From positions 1 through 64,000 of the forward strand of contig JBLGBK010000002.1 of NCBI GenBank assembly GCA_047617785.1: a stretch of 64,000 nt of DNA, given 5' to 3'. Both the position numbers and the translations under genes were made by a program. Origin of the DNA: Colwellia polaris (GTDB lineage: Archaea; Nanohalarchaeota; Nanosalinia; Nanosalinales; Nanosalinaceae). Numbering within the stretch: the first letter of the stretch is position 1; the number at the start of each line of letters is the position of its first letter. Below the pieces are notes generated by a model. The model saw only the letters and a list, made by a program, of their open reading frames with translations, was not told the origin of the DNA and did no database searches. This document shows, in pieces, positions 1 to 12,132 of the stretch.

Positions 1-1
1 A

Positions 2-3000
2 TTAGTACCTACCACTAACTCCTTCAGAACAATTTCCTCAAATAGAATCGAAATAGTAACAACAAGCTACTCAACAACCACCTCCCAAATAAGCAACCTC
101 CTCAGAAACGAAATCCTACAAATAACCTCAAACCAACAAACAACAAGAAACACAAGAATCAATAGGCTTACCGAAGCTAGCCTGGAAATAATAACTGCCG
201 AAACAGGAGGATTCACAGGTTCAAGACTGATATCAGAGAACATACAGAGCCCTGAAAGCATAACCTCGTTCAGCAGCTTAATCAGAACACAGGAAACCTC
301 AAGCGTCTTCCTTGGAATCGCATCAAGATCAATCAGCGGAGACCGAATAATTTCAGAAATATTGCCTCTAGACATGCAAGCTAGCAGAGCAAGTAATTCA
401 GCAAGAGAGACTAACCTCGAGACAGAATTAAGCCAAAGCCTATCGCGTACAACGCTAAATCTAAGAGATAACATAGAGAGAATAATACTGGAGAGCGAGA
501 CCACCCGAGAAGCAGGCGTCGCAAGGATAATACAACAGCAAATAGTACCAGAAGACCAAGAAACCATAACCTCAACACTGGCTAGAATCACCAAAGAAAC
601 ATTTTCCCCCGGCATAACAACAGAAAGGTCAACAACACTAGATAGAATAAACACAATAACAACAAGCTACTCAACAACCACCTCCCAAATAAGCAACCTC
701 CTCAGAAACGAAATCCTACAAATAACCTCAAACCAACAAACAACAAGAAACACAAGAATTAGCAGAGTTATATTTGATAGAGTTACATCAGATACAACAG
801 AAATTAGAAACATTCTAATTCAGCGAGTAGATCAGGTTGGCGTTGAAAGTACAGTCCTTAATAGTCAAGAAGTAGTGAACATAAGAACAGTAACTGAAGC
901 TCTAGTCGGAGAGGAAGCCGTCAACACAGGATCAAATCTAGGTCGCCTATTTACATCAGAAATTAATACAGCTATAACCGGAAGCCGAACAGTCCTAGAT
1001 CAGAGAAATGTTCAAAACCAGATAACAGCTACGTCAAACACACTAACTGCTTTGGACGTATATAGAACCTTAAGCGAGTCATACACCTCAATAGATCGAA
1101 ACTTTTACAGAACATCAGTAGGCCGGACCATAGAACAACAATTAGAGTTCAATGAAAATATAGATATACAATCCTATGTTTCAAGATTAAACACTGATAC
1201 CTTTTCAGGATCAATCGCATCAAGCACGCTTCTAAGCCTCAATCGCGACGAATCCTTAGGACTCAGCTTAGAAGCTGACACCCTAAGCTCAAACATGCTA
1301 TCAAGGATTAAAGCAGAAAACCTGATGGTTCAAGGCGTCATTAGTACGGAAAGCAATCTCGACAGAGCGGTTACAGAAATTTTATCTGGAACAGACAACC
1401 TAATTACAGAAAGCTGGAACAAAAGATTCCAAAGCTTGAATCTAGGAGCAAATACCGCGACTAATAGAAATTCTGCTCTTCAAAGAATTGCTCCTCAGGG
1501 AATTACTGGCAGCTTCATATCTTCGCGAGCAGTTACCGTAGATCGCCTGCTAAATAACGATTTAAGCGTTGAAATGCCTGGTTACAGGAACTTATTACAA
1601 GATAGAACAGTTGATTCTGTTTTGAGCATCTCAGACACAAACACTGAAGCGCTTCAATACGGAAGAGTGATCAGAGATGCCATCATTCAAAACGATCAGA
1701 ACTTTGGCTCCTCATTCCTAGGCCGAACACTGGTGCAGACACTAAATCTAGGAGAAAATACAACTTCCGGTTCTGCCCTCAACAGAATAACCACAGAAAG
1801 TGTCGGAACAAGCACATCTATCTTTTCCTTTAGTAATATTTTCAGAACTGAAGAAACACCTATTTCGTCAAGAAACAGTATTATAACTAGTTCAGATCTA
1901 GTAAGATCCTTCGGCCAGAATATTTACTCTGCCTCTAAAGCCACGCAATCTGTAGCCTTCCCACGGATAGTAGAAGATCAAATAAGCTACTCTGCTGAGA
2001 TACTCTCAGACAACTTCATTAAAACAGTAGTAGAACTAGGAATAGAAGCAGGAACTTCAGATTCAAGACAATCATCAAGCTACAGACTGGTATCAGACCT
2101 AACAGGCATAAACGAGGAAATTTTCACGGCTTCAAATCTTAAAAGAGATCTTACACCTGAAATAGTCTCAGATATAACTTTTAACACTCAGATCTTCCAG
2201 ACTCGAGACATATTGACTGGTTTAAGCTTTAATGAGCAGTCTATTTCAACACCTCGGATAATTAGAAGCTTTGAGGAAACCTGGGAGATCAGTCGCTCCA
2301 TAAACCTCGAATCAGCTCTATCAAGAACTATAGGCGAAACATTAGAAGTTAACGAGGAAGAAATCGCATTCAGTAATCTAGCTCGCCTTACAACAGAACA
2401 AATCAACTCAGAAATAGTATCCCAGCAAACTATCGCGATAAGCAGAGATGTAACTACCTACCTAGAAAATACCTTCTCCACAGACGTAGTAAGCGATATC
2501 TCAAGAAATAGAGATATAAGCATTCAAGCTACAAGCAGGATCTTCTCTGAATCACTAGTCAACAGAAACCTTGTTACAGATGTTGATACGACATTTAACC
2601 TAGCCCGACAAGCTCTAAGGCCAAGAACGGTAGAAGATATAATCAGAACAACCAATGCCCAGCAAAGAACGATAGTCAATATTAGAGAAGTAACCCAAAT
2701 ACTGCAAGCAAACTCCAATATAGACCGATTAGAAAGAGTGAACAGATTGCTTACACAGGAAATAGAAAACAGTATACTATCACAGCAATCAACCAATCTA
2801 AACAGGTTATTAAGCCAAGACATAGGTGCTGAAAACCAGTTTAGCAGAAACCTAGTTACCGGAAGATTTTTGGCATCAAGTCTTCAAGCAACACCGGTTG
2901 AAGAGAGGAGTTTAGCTCTTGCCCGGTTCATGGAAAGCAATATAGAAACTGAAGCTATTACAGATCAGATTGTATCCGCAGAAAGAACAATTATGACCGG

Positions 3001-4693
3001 ATTAGATCTAGCCAGTTCAGAAGATAGCCTGTCAATATACCCTAGATCGCTAGAAGAAATTTTGAGGCCAAAAACCAGCACAGAGACGCAGTCAGCTTTA
3101 AGAAGGGCTTTATCTCAAGGATTAATCACAGAAGAGCAAAGCCTTACACAAGAGCTGCTTAAAAGAGTTACTAACGAGGAAATAGAGACTGAATCAAATA
3201 TGATTCAAGATCTATTGGCTCCAAGAGCTATTAATTCCAACATTGGATACGGAACCGGGCTTAGCTCAGGAATGACTCTCCAAAGACTAGTAATACAGAA
3301 TACAGGTTTAGTACCAGAACAATCAAGATCTTACAGCGGTGCCAGATACATTAGAACAGGAATAAGTATGGGCATAAGCGAGAGCAGCCGTTGGGGTTAT
3401 GAAATATTTGAAGCAGTAGTAAATACAGGAATAGAATTTAACCAAGACAATCAGAGAAGTATCTCCGTTCTCAGAGGAGTGACAGAGGAACTTGGCCTCG
3501 AATGGTTACTTGGCATCGCCACCCCAGGAACAGACGACGAAGAAAGCTCTGATGACGGGTCCAGCGGATCAGACGGAGACGGAGGATTCGGTGGCGGAAT
3601 AATAGATCCAGTAACAGGAAGCCCCGAGATATCTTTCACAGACGAAAGGTTAACATTCAAACTTTCACCTGGAGAATCCGCCTCCTCAGAGATAGAGCTT
3701 AGAAACACCGGAGATGCTGAAGCTGCAACCAACATAGAAATAGAGCGAGCTAATTCGCCTACAATAGATGCAATAAACTTACAGAAATATGAATACAATA
3801 TAGAGCCCGAGGGAACCATCCAACCAATAATAGACATAACAGTGCCCGAGTTCCTTGCCGACGAGAACCTTTCTGGCAGAGTTCTGGAGAGGAATATAAT
3901 AGCAACTTCAGGCGAAACAAGCGATGTCCTACCTGTTAACATCTTAGTTGAAGGAGAGGAAGAGGAGTTACTCGATGTTAGGATGAATATTCTAGATAAT
4001 ACAGTTACAGAGGGCGAAAACATAGATTACAACTTTGAAATTTTCAACCTAGGCCAAAGCGGAAGAGTAGATATACGACTCTACACTACTGTAACCAACA
4101 GTACCGGAAGCGTTATTCATGAAGAAAAGGAGGAAATTGCCGTCCAGACTTCAACATCAGTAGCAAGAAAACTAGATATTGATCTTGCTCCTGGACAGTA
4201 CAAGCTTGAAACAGAAGCTCGATATGCAGATAAGGACGCCTCGTCTTTCTCAACAATTACTGTAGAAGAGGCAGAAGAAGATCATAGCCTGCGGAATATT
4301 GCGGTAGCTCTTGGAATAGTGGTCCTTATGGTAGGATCAGCTATTATAGCCATCATAGGTTACCGTAGGAAAAGACGAACAGATTACGATAAGTTAATAC
4401 AGAGAAACGTTGATGAAATCAAGGAATACACAAAAGGTCATGAGATCAATTTCCGGAAGCTGCGTAAGGAAGAAGAAAAGCACAAAGACAGAACAGAACT
4501 AGAAGAGTGGGCTGCTAAGAGAGCACCATCTATGCAAACAGAGGAAGAAGATGAAGATAAATCCAGCGATAGTTCAAACTCTCACTCTCAAAATGAGAAA
4601 GAGAAAGACGTTCCAGATAATGTATGTGATGTCTGTGGCGAAGAATTTGAGAATGCCACAGGAGTGAGACTTCACAAACAGGCGATGCACTGA
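2..4693 (+). CDS. Large membrane-anchored surface protein (5' truncated by the window): 20-aa Arg-periodic repeat stalk, acidic/Gly linker, two Ig/CARDB-like domains, TM helix, cytoplasmic tail ending in a C2H2 zinc finger
   Basis: The frame is open from nt 2 (LVPTTNSFRTISSNRIEIV...), so the true start lies upstream of the window. TM IAVALGIVVLMVGSAIIAIIGY is followed by RRKRR; the C-terminus is CDVCGEEFENATGVRLHKQAMH. Confidence 0.85.
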   Translation, partial: LVPTTNSFRTISSNRIEIVTTSYSTTTSQISNLLRNEILQITSNQQTTRNTRINRLTEASLEIITAETGGFTGSRLISENIQSPESITSFSSLIRTQETSSVFLGIASRSISGDRIISEILPLDMQASRASNSARETNLETELSQSLSRTTLNLRDNIERIILESETTREAGVARIIQQQIVPEDQETITSTLARITKETFSPGITTERSTTLDRINTITTSYSTTTSQISNLLRNEILQITSNQQTTRNTRISRVIFDRVTSDTTEIRNILIQRVDQVGVESTVLNSQEVVNIRTVTEALVGEEAVNTGSNLGRLFTSEINTAITGSRTVLDQRNVQNQITATSNTLTALDVYRTLSESYTSIDRNFYRTSVGRTIEQQLEFNENIDIQSYVSRLNTDTFSGSIASSTLLSLNRDESLGLSLEADTLSSNMLSRIKAENLMVQGVISTESNLDRAVTEILSGTDNLITESWNKRFQSLNLGANTATNRNSALQRIAPQGITGSFISSRAVTVDRLLNNDLSVEMPGYRNLLQDRTVDSVLSISDTNTEALQYGRVIRDAIIQNDQNFGSSFLGRTLVQTLNLGENTTSGSALNRITTESVGTSTSIFSFSNIFRTEETPISSRNSIITSSDLVRSFGQNIYSASKATQSVAFPRIVEDQISYSAEILSDNFIKTVVELGIEAGTSDSRQSSSYRLVSDLTGINEEIFTASNLKRDLTPEIVSDITFNTQIFQTRDILTGLSFNEQSISTPRIIRSFEETWEISRSINLESALSRTIGETLEVNEEEIAFSNLARLTTEQINSEIVSQQTIAISRDVTTYLENTFSTDVVSDISRNRDISIQATSRIFSESLVNRNLVTDVDTTFNLARQALRPRTVEDIIRTTNAQQRTIVNIREVTQILQANSNIDRLERVNRLLTQEIENSILSQQSTNLNRLLSQDIGAENQFSRNLVTGRFLASSLQATPVEERSLALARFMESNIETEAITDQIVSAERTIMTGLDLASSEDSLSIYPRSLEEILRPKTSTETQSALRRALSQGLITEEQSLTQELLKRVTNEEIETESNMIQDLLAPRAINSNIGYGTGLSSGMTLQRLVIQNTGLVPEQSRSYSGARYIRTGISMGISESSRWGYEIFEAVVNTGIEFNQDNQRSISVLRGVTEELGLEWLLGIATPGTDDEESSDDGSSGSDGDGGFGGGIIDPVTGSPEISFTDERLTFKLSPGESASSEIELRNTGDAEAATNIEIERANSPTIDAINLQKYEYNIEPEGTIQPIIDITVPEFLADENLSGRVLERNIIATSGETSDVLPVNILVEGEEEELLDVRMNILDNTVTEGENIDYNFEIFNLGQSGRVDIRLYTTVTNSTGSVIHEEKEEIAVQTSTSVARKLDIDLAPGQYKLETEARYADKDASSFSTITVEEAEEDHSLRNIAVALGIVVLMVGSAIIAIIGYRRKRRTDYDKLIQRNVDEIKEYTKGHEINFRKLRKEEEKHKDRTELEEWAAKRAPSMQTEEEDEDKSSDSSNSHSQNEKEKDVPDNVCDVCGEEFENATGVRLHKQAMH
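57..759 (+). repeat. Exact 103-bp direct repeat (57-159 and 657-759), 600 bp apart, inside the surface-protein gene
   Basis: Identical sequence taacaacaagctac...cacaagaat in both copies; the offset equals 10 x 20-aa units. Confidence 0.95.
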
Positions 4694-4779
4694 ATAACAC
4701 CTCAAATAAACTTAGATACAACAGGATAGCGCATTTATACTGCAAAAAGATTAAATAAGAGCATAAATCATAATTAAAC

Positions 4780-5193
4780 GTGGAAAACAGGCTCGACGCA
4801 ATAGATTATGCAGTAGCATTAGCAATACTCCTTATATCAACTCTAGCAGGATTAATACACCATTTCACCCCTGTAAAGATACCAATTATATACATGGAAA
4901 TTACAGGCTTACTGATATTTCTAACTGGAGTAGGCATAATGTACCTGATAGCCAGAAAAGCCGAAAACAGGGTAGGCCGACACATAAAAGTAGTATGTAT
5001 AGGCGCTCTATTTTTCGTTATGGCCTGGAGCCACAGAATTGCAAAAGGACAATTAGAACTAGAAAACTACGGACTAACAGACAACGTTACTTCTTCATTC
5101 TTTGTCACTCTCGCTGTAGGAGGAATGATTCTTATGACCTACGGATTCTACATGGTGAAAGAAGAAGTACAGCTAGACAACAAAAACACGTAG
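4780..5193 (+). CDS. Small integral membrane protein (about 4 TM), unknown function
   Basis: 137 aa with four hydrophobic segments; GTG start after an AT-rich promoter-like stretch. Confidence 0.75.
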   Translation: MENRLDAIDYAVALAILLISTLAGLIHHFTPVKIPIIYMEITGLLIFLTGVGIMYLIARKAENRVGRHIKVVCIGALFFVMAWSHRIAKGQLELENYGLTDNVTSSFFVTLAVGGMILMTYGFYMVKEEVQLDNKNT

Positions 5194-5271
5194 AAATTTT
5201 AAGGAACTCACCGATATAGAATCAATGCCTGTTGCCTTCTCAATTATAACAAAGTCGGACAAGATAGATAG

Positions 5272-5345
5272 TGGACCCTCAGGGATTTGAACCCTGGGCC
5301 TTCCGCTTGCAAAGCGGACGTTCTGCCAGACTGAACTAAGGGCCC
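5272..5345 (-). tRNA. tRNA-Ala(TGC)
   Basis: Reverse complement folds as a cloverleaf: acceptor GGGCCCT/AGGGTCC, anticodon arm TCCGC-ttTGCaa-GCGGA, T arm GGTTCAAATCC; no encoded CCA. Confidence 0.96.
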
Positions 5346-5461
5346 GAAAAGTTGCGGGCTATGTAATTCTTTCTGTAGGTGTAATCTTTTAAAACAAAAC
5401 CTGCCGGATTTAACGTTTAAATCACGGTTGAACCCAGTTTCAGAATCGCAGCCCACCCACC

Positions 5462-5469
5462 TATATAAA
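5462..5469 (+). promoter_or_regulatory. Putative TATA box for the 23S rRNA transcript
   Basis: TATATAAA about 20-25 nt upstream of the structured leader that precedes 23S. Confidence 0.4.
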
Positions 5470-5683
5470 GTTTAGAGAAGTCTTTCTTGGTGTCGAGAAC
5501 AAAGGACCTTTTCCAGAGGATTTTACCTTCATGGTAGGATCCAATAAGGAGGGGGTTTTTAACCTTTAAGCTCGACCACATATTACACGAACCAAGGGGC
5601 GTCCCGAATATGAGGATGTCCTTAGCACGAACCCGTCACCTGAATCACATCATGTGGGTGACAGTAGTGCACACCAAAAAATA

Positions 5684-8853
<3,170 letters not shown>

Positions 8854-8935
8854 CTTTCTATAATGAATAAATTTTTCTCATTGATTGATGTTAGTGATAT
8901 AAGCTTTGTCATCGATTTCAATGTTTGTTAGAGGA

Positions 8936-9379
8936 TCACATCCTCCTTCACAGAGTTCAAGTTGAGCTGGTGTGACCTCTCTCGCCGGTTATGCGGTGAG
9001 GAAAGTCCCGACTCCGGGATAGTTGAACGTTCAATCGTTCAATGAGTGTGTGCAGCAGATGAACAGTCTGTCGTCTGAAAAGACGCGAACATACACGCGT
9101 TAACCAGTGTAATAATCTGGATAGCAGTATGTAACCTGCACAGGTATCAGAAACGATACGCCCTTACTGATATTTCCAGGTAAATGAGCAGTTTTGCGAG
9201 CCTTGAAATCAGTAAACAGGTGATGAAACGCGACCTGTCTTTGCATCCGGAGCAAGCAGTAACCAAACTGTGCAATGTACGCAGAAAAAACAGATAACTG
9301 CGCCAGAGTTAAATGTGGTCGTAGAAACAGAATCGGGCTTACTACCAACCGCTTGAAAACGGTTTGAAGGAGGATGTGA
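8936..9379 (+). ncRNA. rnpB: RNase P RNA
   Basis: CR-I GAGGAAAGTCC (8998-9008) and CR-V ACAGAATCGGGCTTA (9327-9341) with complementary P4 strands; internal AGAAAC, GATGAAAC and GGAGCAAG motifs; closed by a terminal helix. Confidence 0.92.
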
Positions 9380-9447
9380 CTGTAACCCTTTACTTCTATA
9401 AGTTTCGAACTATGGGTTTCAAAAAAGCTACAGTCAAGTGTTAATAT

Positions 9448-9624
9448 ATGGCAAAAGAAGAAGGTGGCATGCTTCCATCCTCACAGGGTGGACTGATGAT
9501 GTATACCGATGCAGACACCGGTTTTGATCTTGACCCTAAAATAGTTATTGGACTAGGTGTAGGCACAGGTGTAATAGCTATCTTAGGACACGCAAGACCT
9601 ATTTTAGCAGGAATCTTCCTATAA
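9448..9624 (+). CDS. secG: Preprotein translocase subunit Sec61-beta (archaeal SecG); absent from the ORF track
   Basis: 58 aa MAKEEGGMLPSSQGGLMMYTDADTGFDLDPKIVIGLGVGTGVIAILGH...; matches the PxSxxGL..Y..D...xDP + single TM pattern. Confidence 0.88.
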   Translation: MAKEEGGMLPSSQGGLMMYTDADTGFDLDPKIVIGLGVGTGVIAILGHARPILAGIFL

Positions 9625-9653
9625 AAAACTGATACTCTAACAGTACTTTTTAT

Positions 9654-9728
9654 GGGCCCGTAGCTCAGCCTGGACAGAGCAACCGGCTTCTAACCGGTAG
9701 GTCGAGGGTTCAAATCCCCCCGGGTCCG
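9654..9728 (+). tRNA. tRNA-Arg(TCT)
   Basis: Acceptor GGGCCCG/CGGGTCC, anticodon arm ACCGG-ctTCTaa-CCGGT, T arm GGTTCAAATCC. Confidence 0.96.
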
Positions 9729-9754
9729 TACACCTCATACATAAATGATAAGCT

Positions 9755-10363
9755 ATGGTTAAACAGGGAAAACTAGATTCCAGTATTTTAGAACAACGTT
9801 CTACTAAGGGTGCCGATATTGAAGAAGACTCATTATACTTTAAGCCTGCAGAATACCGGCAAATAATCGAACTTCCGGGCGGTTATACCACAGATATAGA
9901 AAACGAATACCAGGCCATGACTGAACTTCATGAAGTAGCTGAAGATCTTGTAGTTAAACCTTACTTTCTGACTGATGATCCAGAAGGCTACGTTATGGAG
10001 TATATTGAGGGAATTAGCCTGAATAAGGCATTAAATCAGGAAAGAGAGGTCTATAACTTTGAAGAAGTGATTGAAGACCTTCATAGCCTCGGCAAAACAA
10101 TAAGATCGGAAGGAATACCTCACGGCGATATCAGAAATAGAAACTTTATAGTGGAAGATTCTGGGAGCTTAAAGGCTATTGATGCCGCAGGTATACCTGA
10201 AGATGTTGAAAGTCCTGGAGTCGGGACTTTACGCGACCAAGCCGTCATCTGGGATATTGTAGATATAAACGACATAATTGATAAGATAGCAGATAAAACA
10301 AAGACCCGGATAGATGCCGGAGAATATCACATTGAGACCCCGGTTCAAAATATTACGCAATAA
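9755..10363 (+). CDS. Protein kinase-like fold protein (RIO/Bud32-like)
   Basis: YVMEYIEG hinge, PHGDIRNRNF catalytic loop, AIDAAG at the DFG-equivalent position. Confidence 0.75.
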   Translation: MVKQGKLDSSILEQRSTKGADIEEDSLYFKPAEYRQIIELPGGYTTDIENEYQAMTELHEVAEDLVVKPYFLTDDPEGYVMEYIEGISLNKALNQEREVYNFEEVIEDLHSLGKTIRSEGIPHGDIRNRNFIVEDSGSLKAIDAAGIPEDVESPGVGTLRDQAVIWDIVDINDIIDKIADKTKTRIDAGEYHIETPVQNITQ

Positions 10364-10407
10364 CGCAAAAGGAAAATTTTAACAGTAATAAACAGCTATA
10401 CCTACAT

Positions 10408-10611
10408 ATGAGCTTCTCTATAAAATCCGTTAAGAGGGATGCCGACAACCCGGATGATGTCCTGATAACTGAGGAAGCCTTGGATATACTGAGCAACATC
10501 CTTGAAGAGGAAGGTGTTAATATTCTTGAGAAAGCTACCGAAATAGCAGAAGAGAAAGATAAATCAACCGTAAAAGGAGAAGAGATCAGAAAAGCTTTCT
10601 TTGAAGGTTAG
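10408..10611 (+). CDS. Archaeal histone-fold protein, acidic
   Basis: 67 aa; ITEEALDILSNILEE...ILEKATEIAEEKDKSTVKGEEIRKA follows the HMf-type helix 2/L2/helix 3 pattern. Confidence 0.75.
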   Translation: MSFSIKSVKRDADNPDDVLITEEALDILSNILEEEGVNILEKATEIAEEKDKSTVKGEEIRKAFFEG

Positions 10612-10958
10612 TTGTCAAGACCTGATAGTTCATTTTGCAGATTCTGCAGTTCACTATTGAGCTGTGATACAGAGTCATCAAGTGAAACATCGCTGTGCAC
10701 TTCAGCTTTCGGAGGTTTACTTACCTCACCATCCTGTACCTCAGGCAATTTCTGATCAAGATCTGTCATTTTAGCGTTAAGACGGTCCAAGTTCTGGTTG
10801 ACCTTATTGATTGATTCCTGCTTTATGGAGTTCACACGCCGCAGAATATCTGTCGCTTCACGTATATTGGCTACAAGCTGGTCTATATCCTCAAGATCTT
10901 CCTGTAGATGTTGCTTGTTATCAAGTTTGACGTAAAGCTGTTCCTGATCAGGACTCAT
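10608..10958 (-). CDS. Coiled-coil hypothetical protein
   Basis: 116 aa with heptad pattern and acidic composition. Confidence 0.7.
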   Translation of the reverse strand: MSPDQEQLYVKLDNKQHLQEDLEDIDQLVANIREATDILRRVNSIKQESINKVNQNLDRLNAKMTDLDQKLPEVQDGEVSKPPKAEVHSDVSLDDSVSQLNSELQNLQNELSGLDN

Positions 10959-10995
10959 AACTAGTTATTTCTCAAAGCCTGTTATTAAAAATAAC

Positions 10996-12132
10996 TTAAG
11001 ATTTCAAACCTCGATACATCAACAATCCCGAAACAGTGACGCATACAGCTATTACACCGATAAATACCGGGGTTCCCAGATACTGAAGTACTATGCTTGT
11101 AACGGCTATCGGAAGCAAGAGGAAAGAGTTAAGGACTACATACTTCAGGAAGACCTTAGAGTCGTAAAGTTCCGAATTAGGATTTAAACCGGTTAGATAA
11201 GACACTAAGCTGAGAGAGACAAATGTTGAAGCATAAAGTGCGAGAAGAGAAAGCGCAAACTGGCCTGAATAAAAGTAAGCAGATACACCTAGAAATAGTG
11301 TGGTCAATGGAACCGATAGGAATACGAAAGCTCTAAACTTAGATTTAACCAGCATTTCCCTATTAATAGGTAAGTGGAGATAATCCTGTTCCTCGTCAAA
11401 TCTGTTAACCCAGTTATAAACTGAGATTGTGCTCATACCAAGCAGTACGCTGTATGTAATCAACGGATTCTGCATGAAGACCTTCTCGAAAGGGAGGTTA
11501 AGAACTGCAAGCCAGTAAACACCGGTAAGGAGTAGCAGCGTGAAGAAAATCTTGAGCAACCCTCCCGCAGACCTTGAAACATCTTCTATAGTCTTAGAAG
11601 TTAAAGCACCTCTCTCAGATACGTAAGATAGATTGAAAAGCGAAGGTGAATGCATACCTGTTCTAGAAAGGATAAAAGATACAACTGCGCCTCCCAGAAA
11701 GCCCGCAAATATTTTCAGAACCACTATAGGCATGAATACCATGTATGCTACACTAAATCCTGCGAAAATCGGTATTATGAACATCAGGCTGTAGTATATA
11801 GCATCATTCAATACGAAAAGACCTAATAGTTTGTTTTGAGATATTGGAAGCGTTCTAGAAGTATAGACCAGCAGACTTCTATCGCCGATAAGATTTTCTG
11901 CTTCATCACGAGAACTGAAACCCACCAACCCCGCAGCCAGACCTAGCAAAACACTGAAACCTGTCAGACCGAGAGTTACTTCTGTAGCTGCAAGCTCAGA
12001 ATAAATTCTGAATGGGTATAGAGTTACCAGCGTGATTGCAAACACAGTCAGAGGAAATAGCTTGAAGTACCGACCTTTATACATATCTGCTTGCATCCGG
12101 TACTGCTCTTTCAGCATTCGTTTCAGTATCAT
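10996..12132 (-). CDS. ABC transporter permease (exporter type)
   Basis: Many TM helices; overlaps the upstream ABC ATPase by 4 nt. Confidence 0.8.
   Translation of the reverse strand: MILKRMLKEQYRMQADMYKGRYFKLFPLTVFAITLVTLYPFRIYSELAATEVTLGLTGFSVLLGLAAGLVGFSSRDEAENLIGDRSLLVYTSRTLPISQNKLLGLFVLNDAIYYSLMFIIPIFAGFSVAYMVFMPIVVLKIFAGFLGGAVVSFILSRTGMHSPSLFNLSYVSERGALTSKTIEDVSRSAGGLLKIFFTLLLLTGVYWLAVLNLPFEKVFMQNPLITYSVLLGMSTISVYNWVNRFDEEQDYLHLPINREMLVKSKFRAFVFLSVPLTTLFLGVSAYFYSGQFALSLLALYASTFVSLSLVSYLTGLNPNSELYDSKVFLKYVVLNSFLLLPIAVTSIVLQYLGTPVFIGVIAVCVTVSGLLMYRGLKS

Noticed and set aside
1-3380. 60-nt periodicity as a possible CRISPR array
   Set aside because: The periodicity is at protein level in an open frame; there is no conserved DNA repeat with spacers and no cas genes.
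8936-9379. 15-bp inverted repeats as MITE/IS ends
   Set aside because: They enclose RNase P RNA motifs; no transposase or target-site duplication seen.
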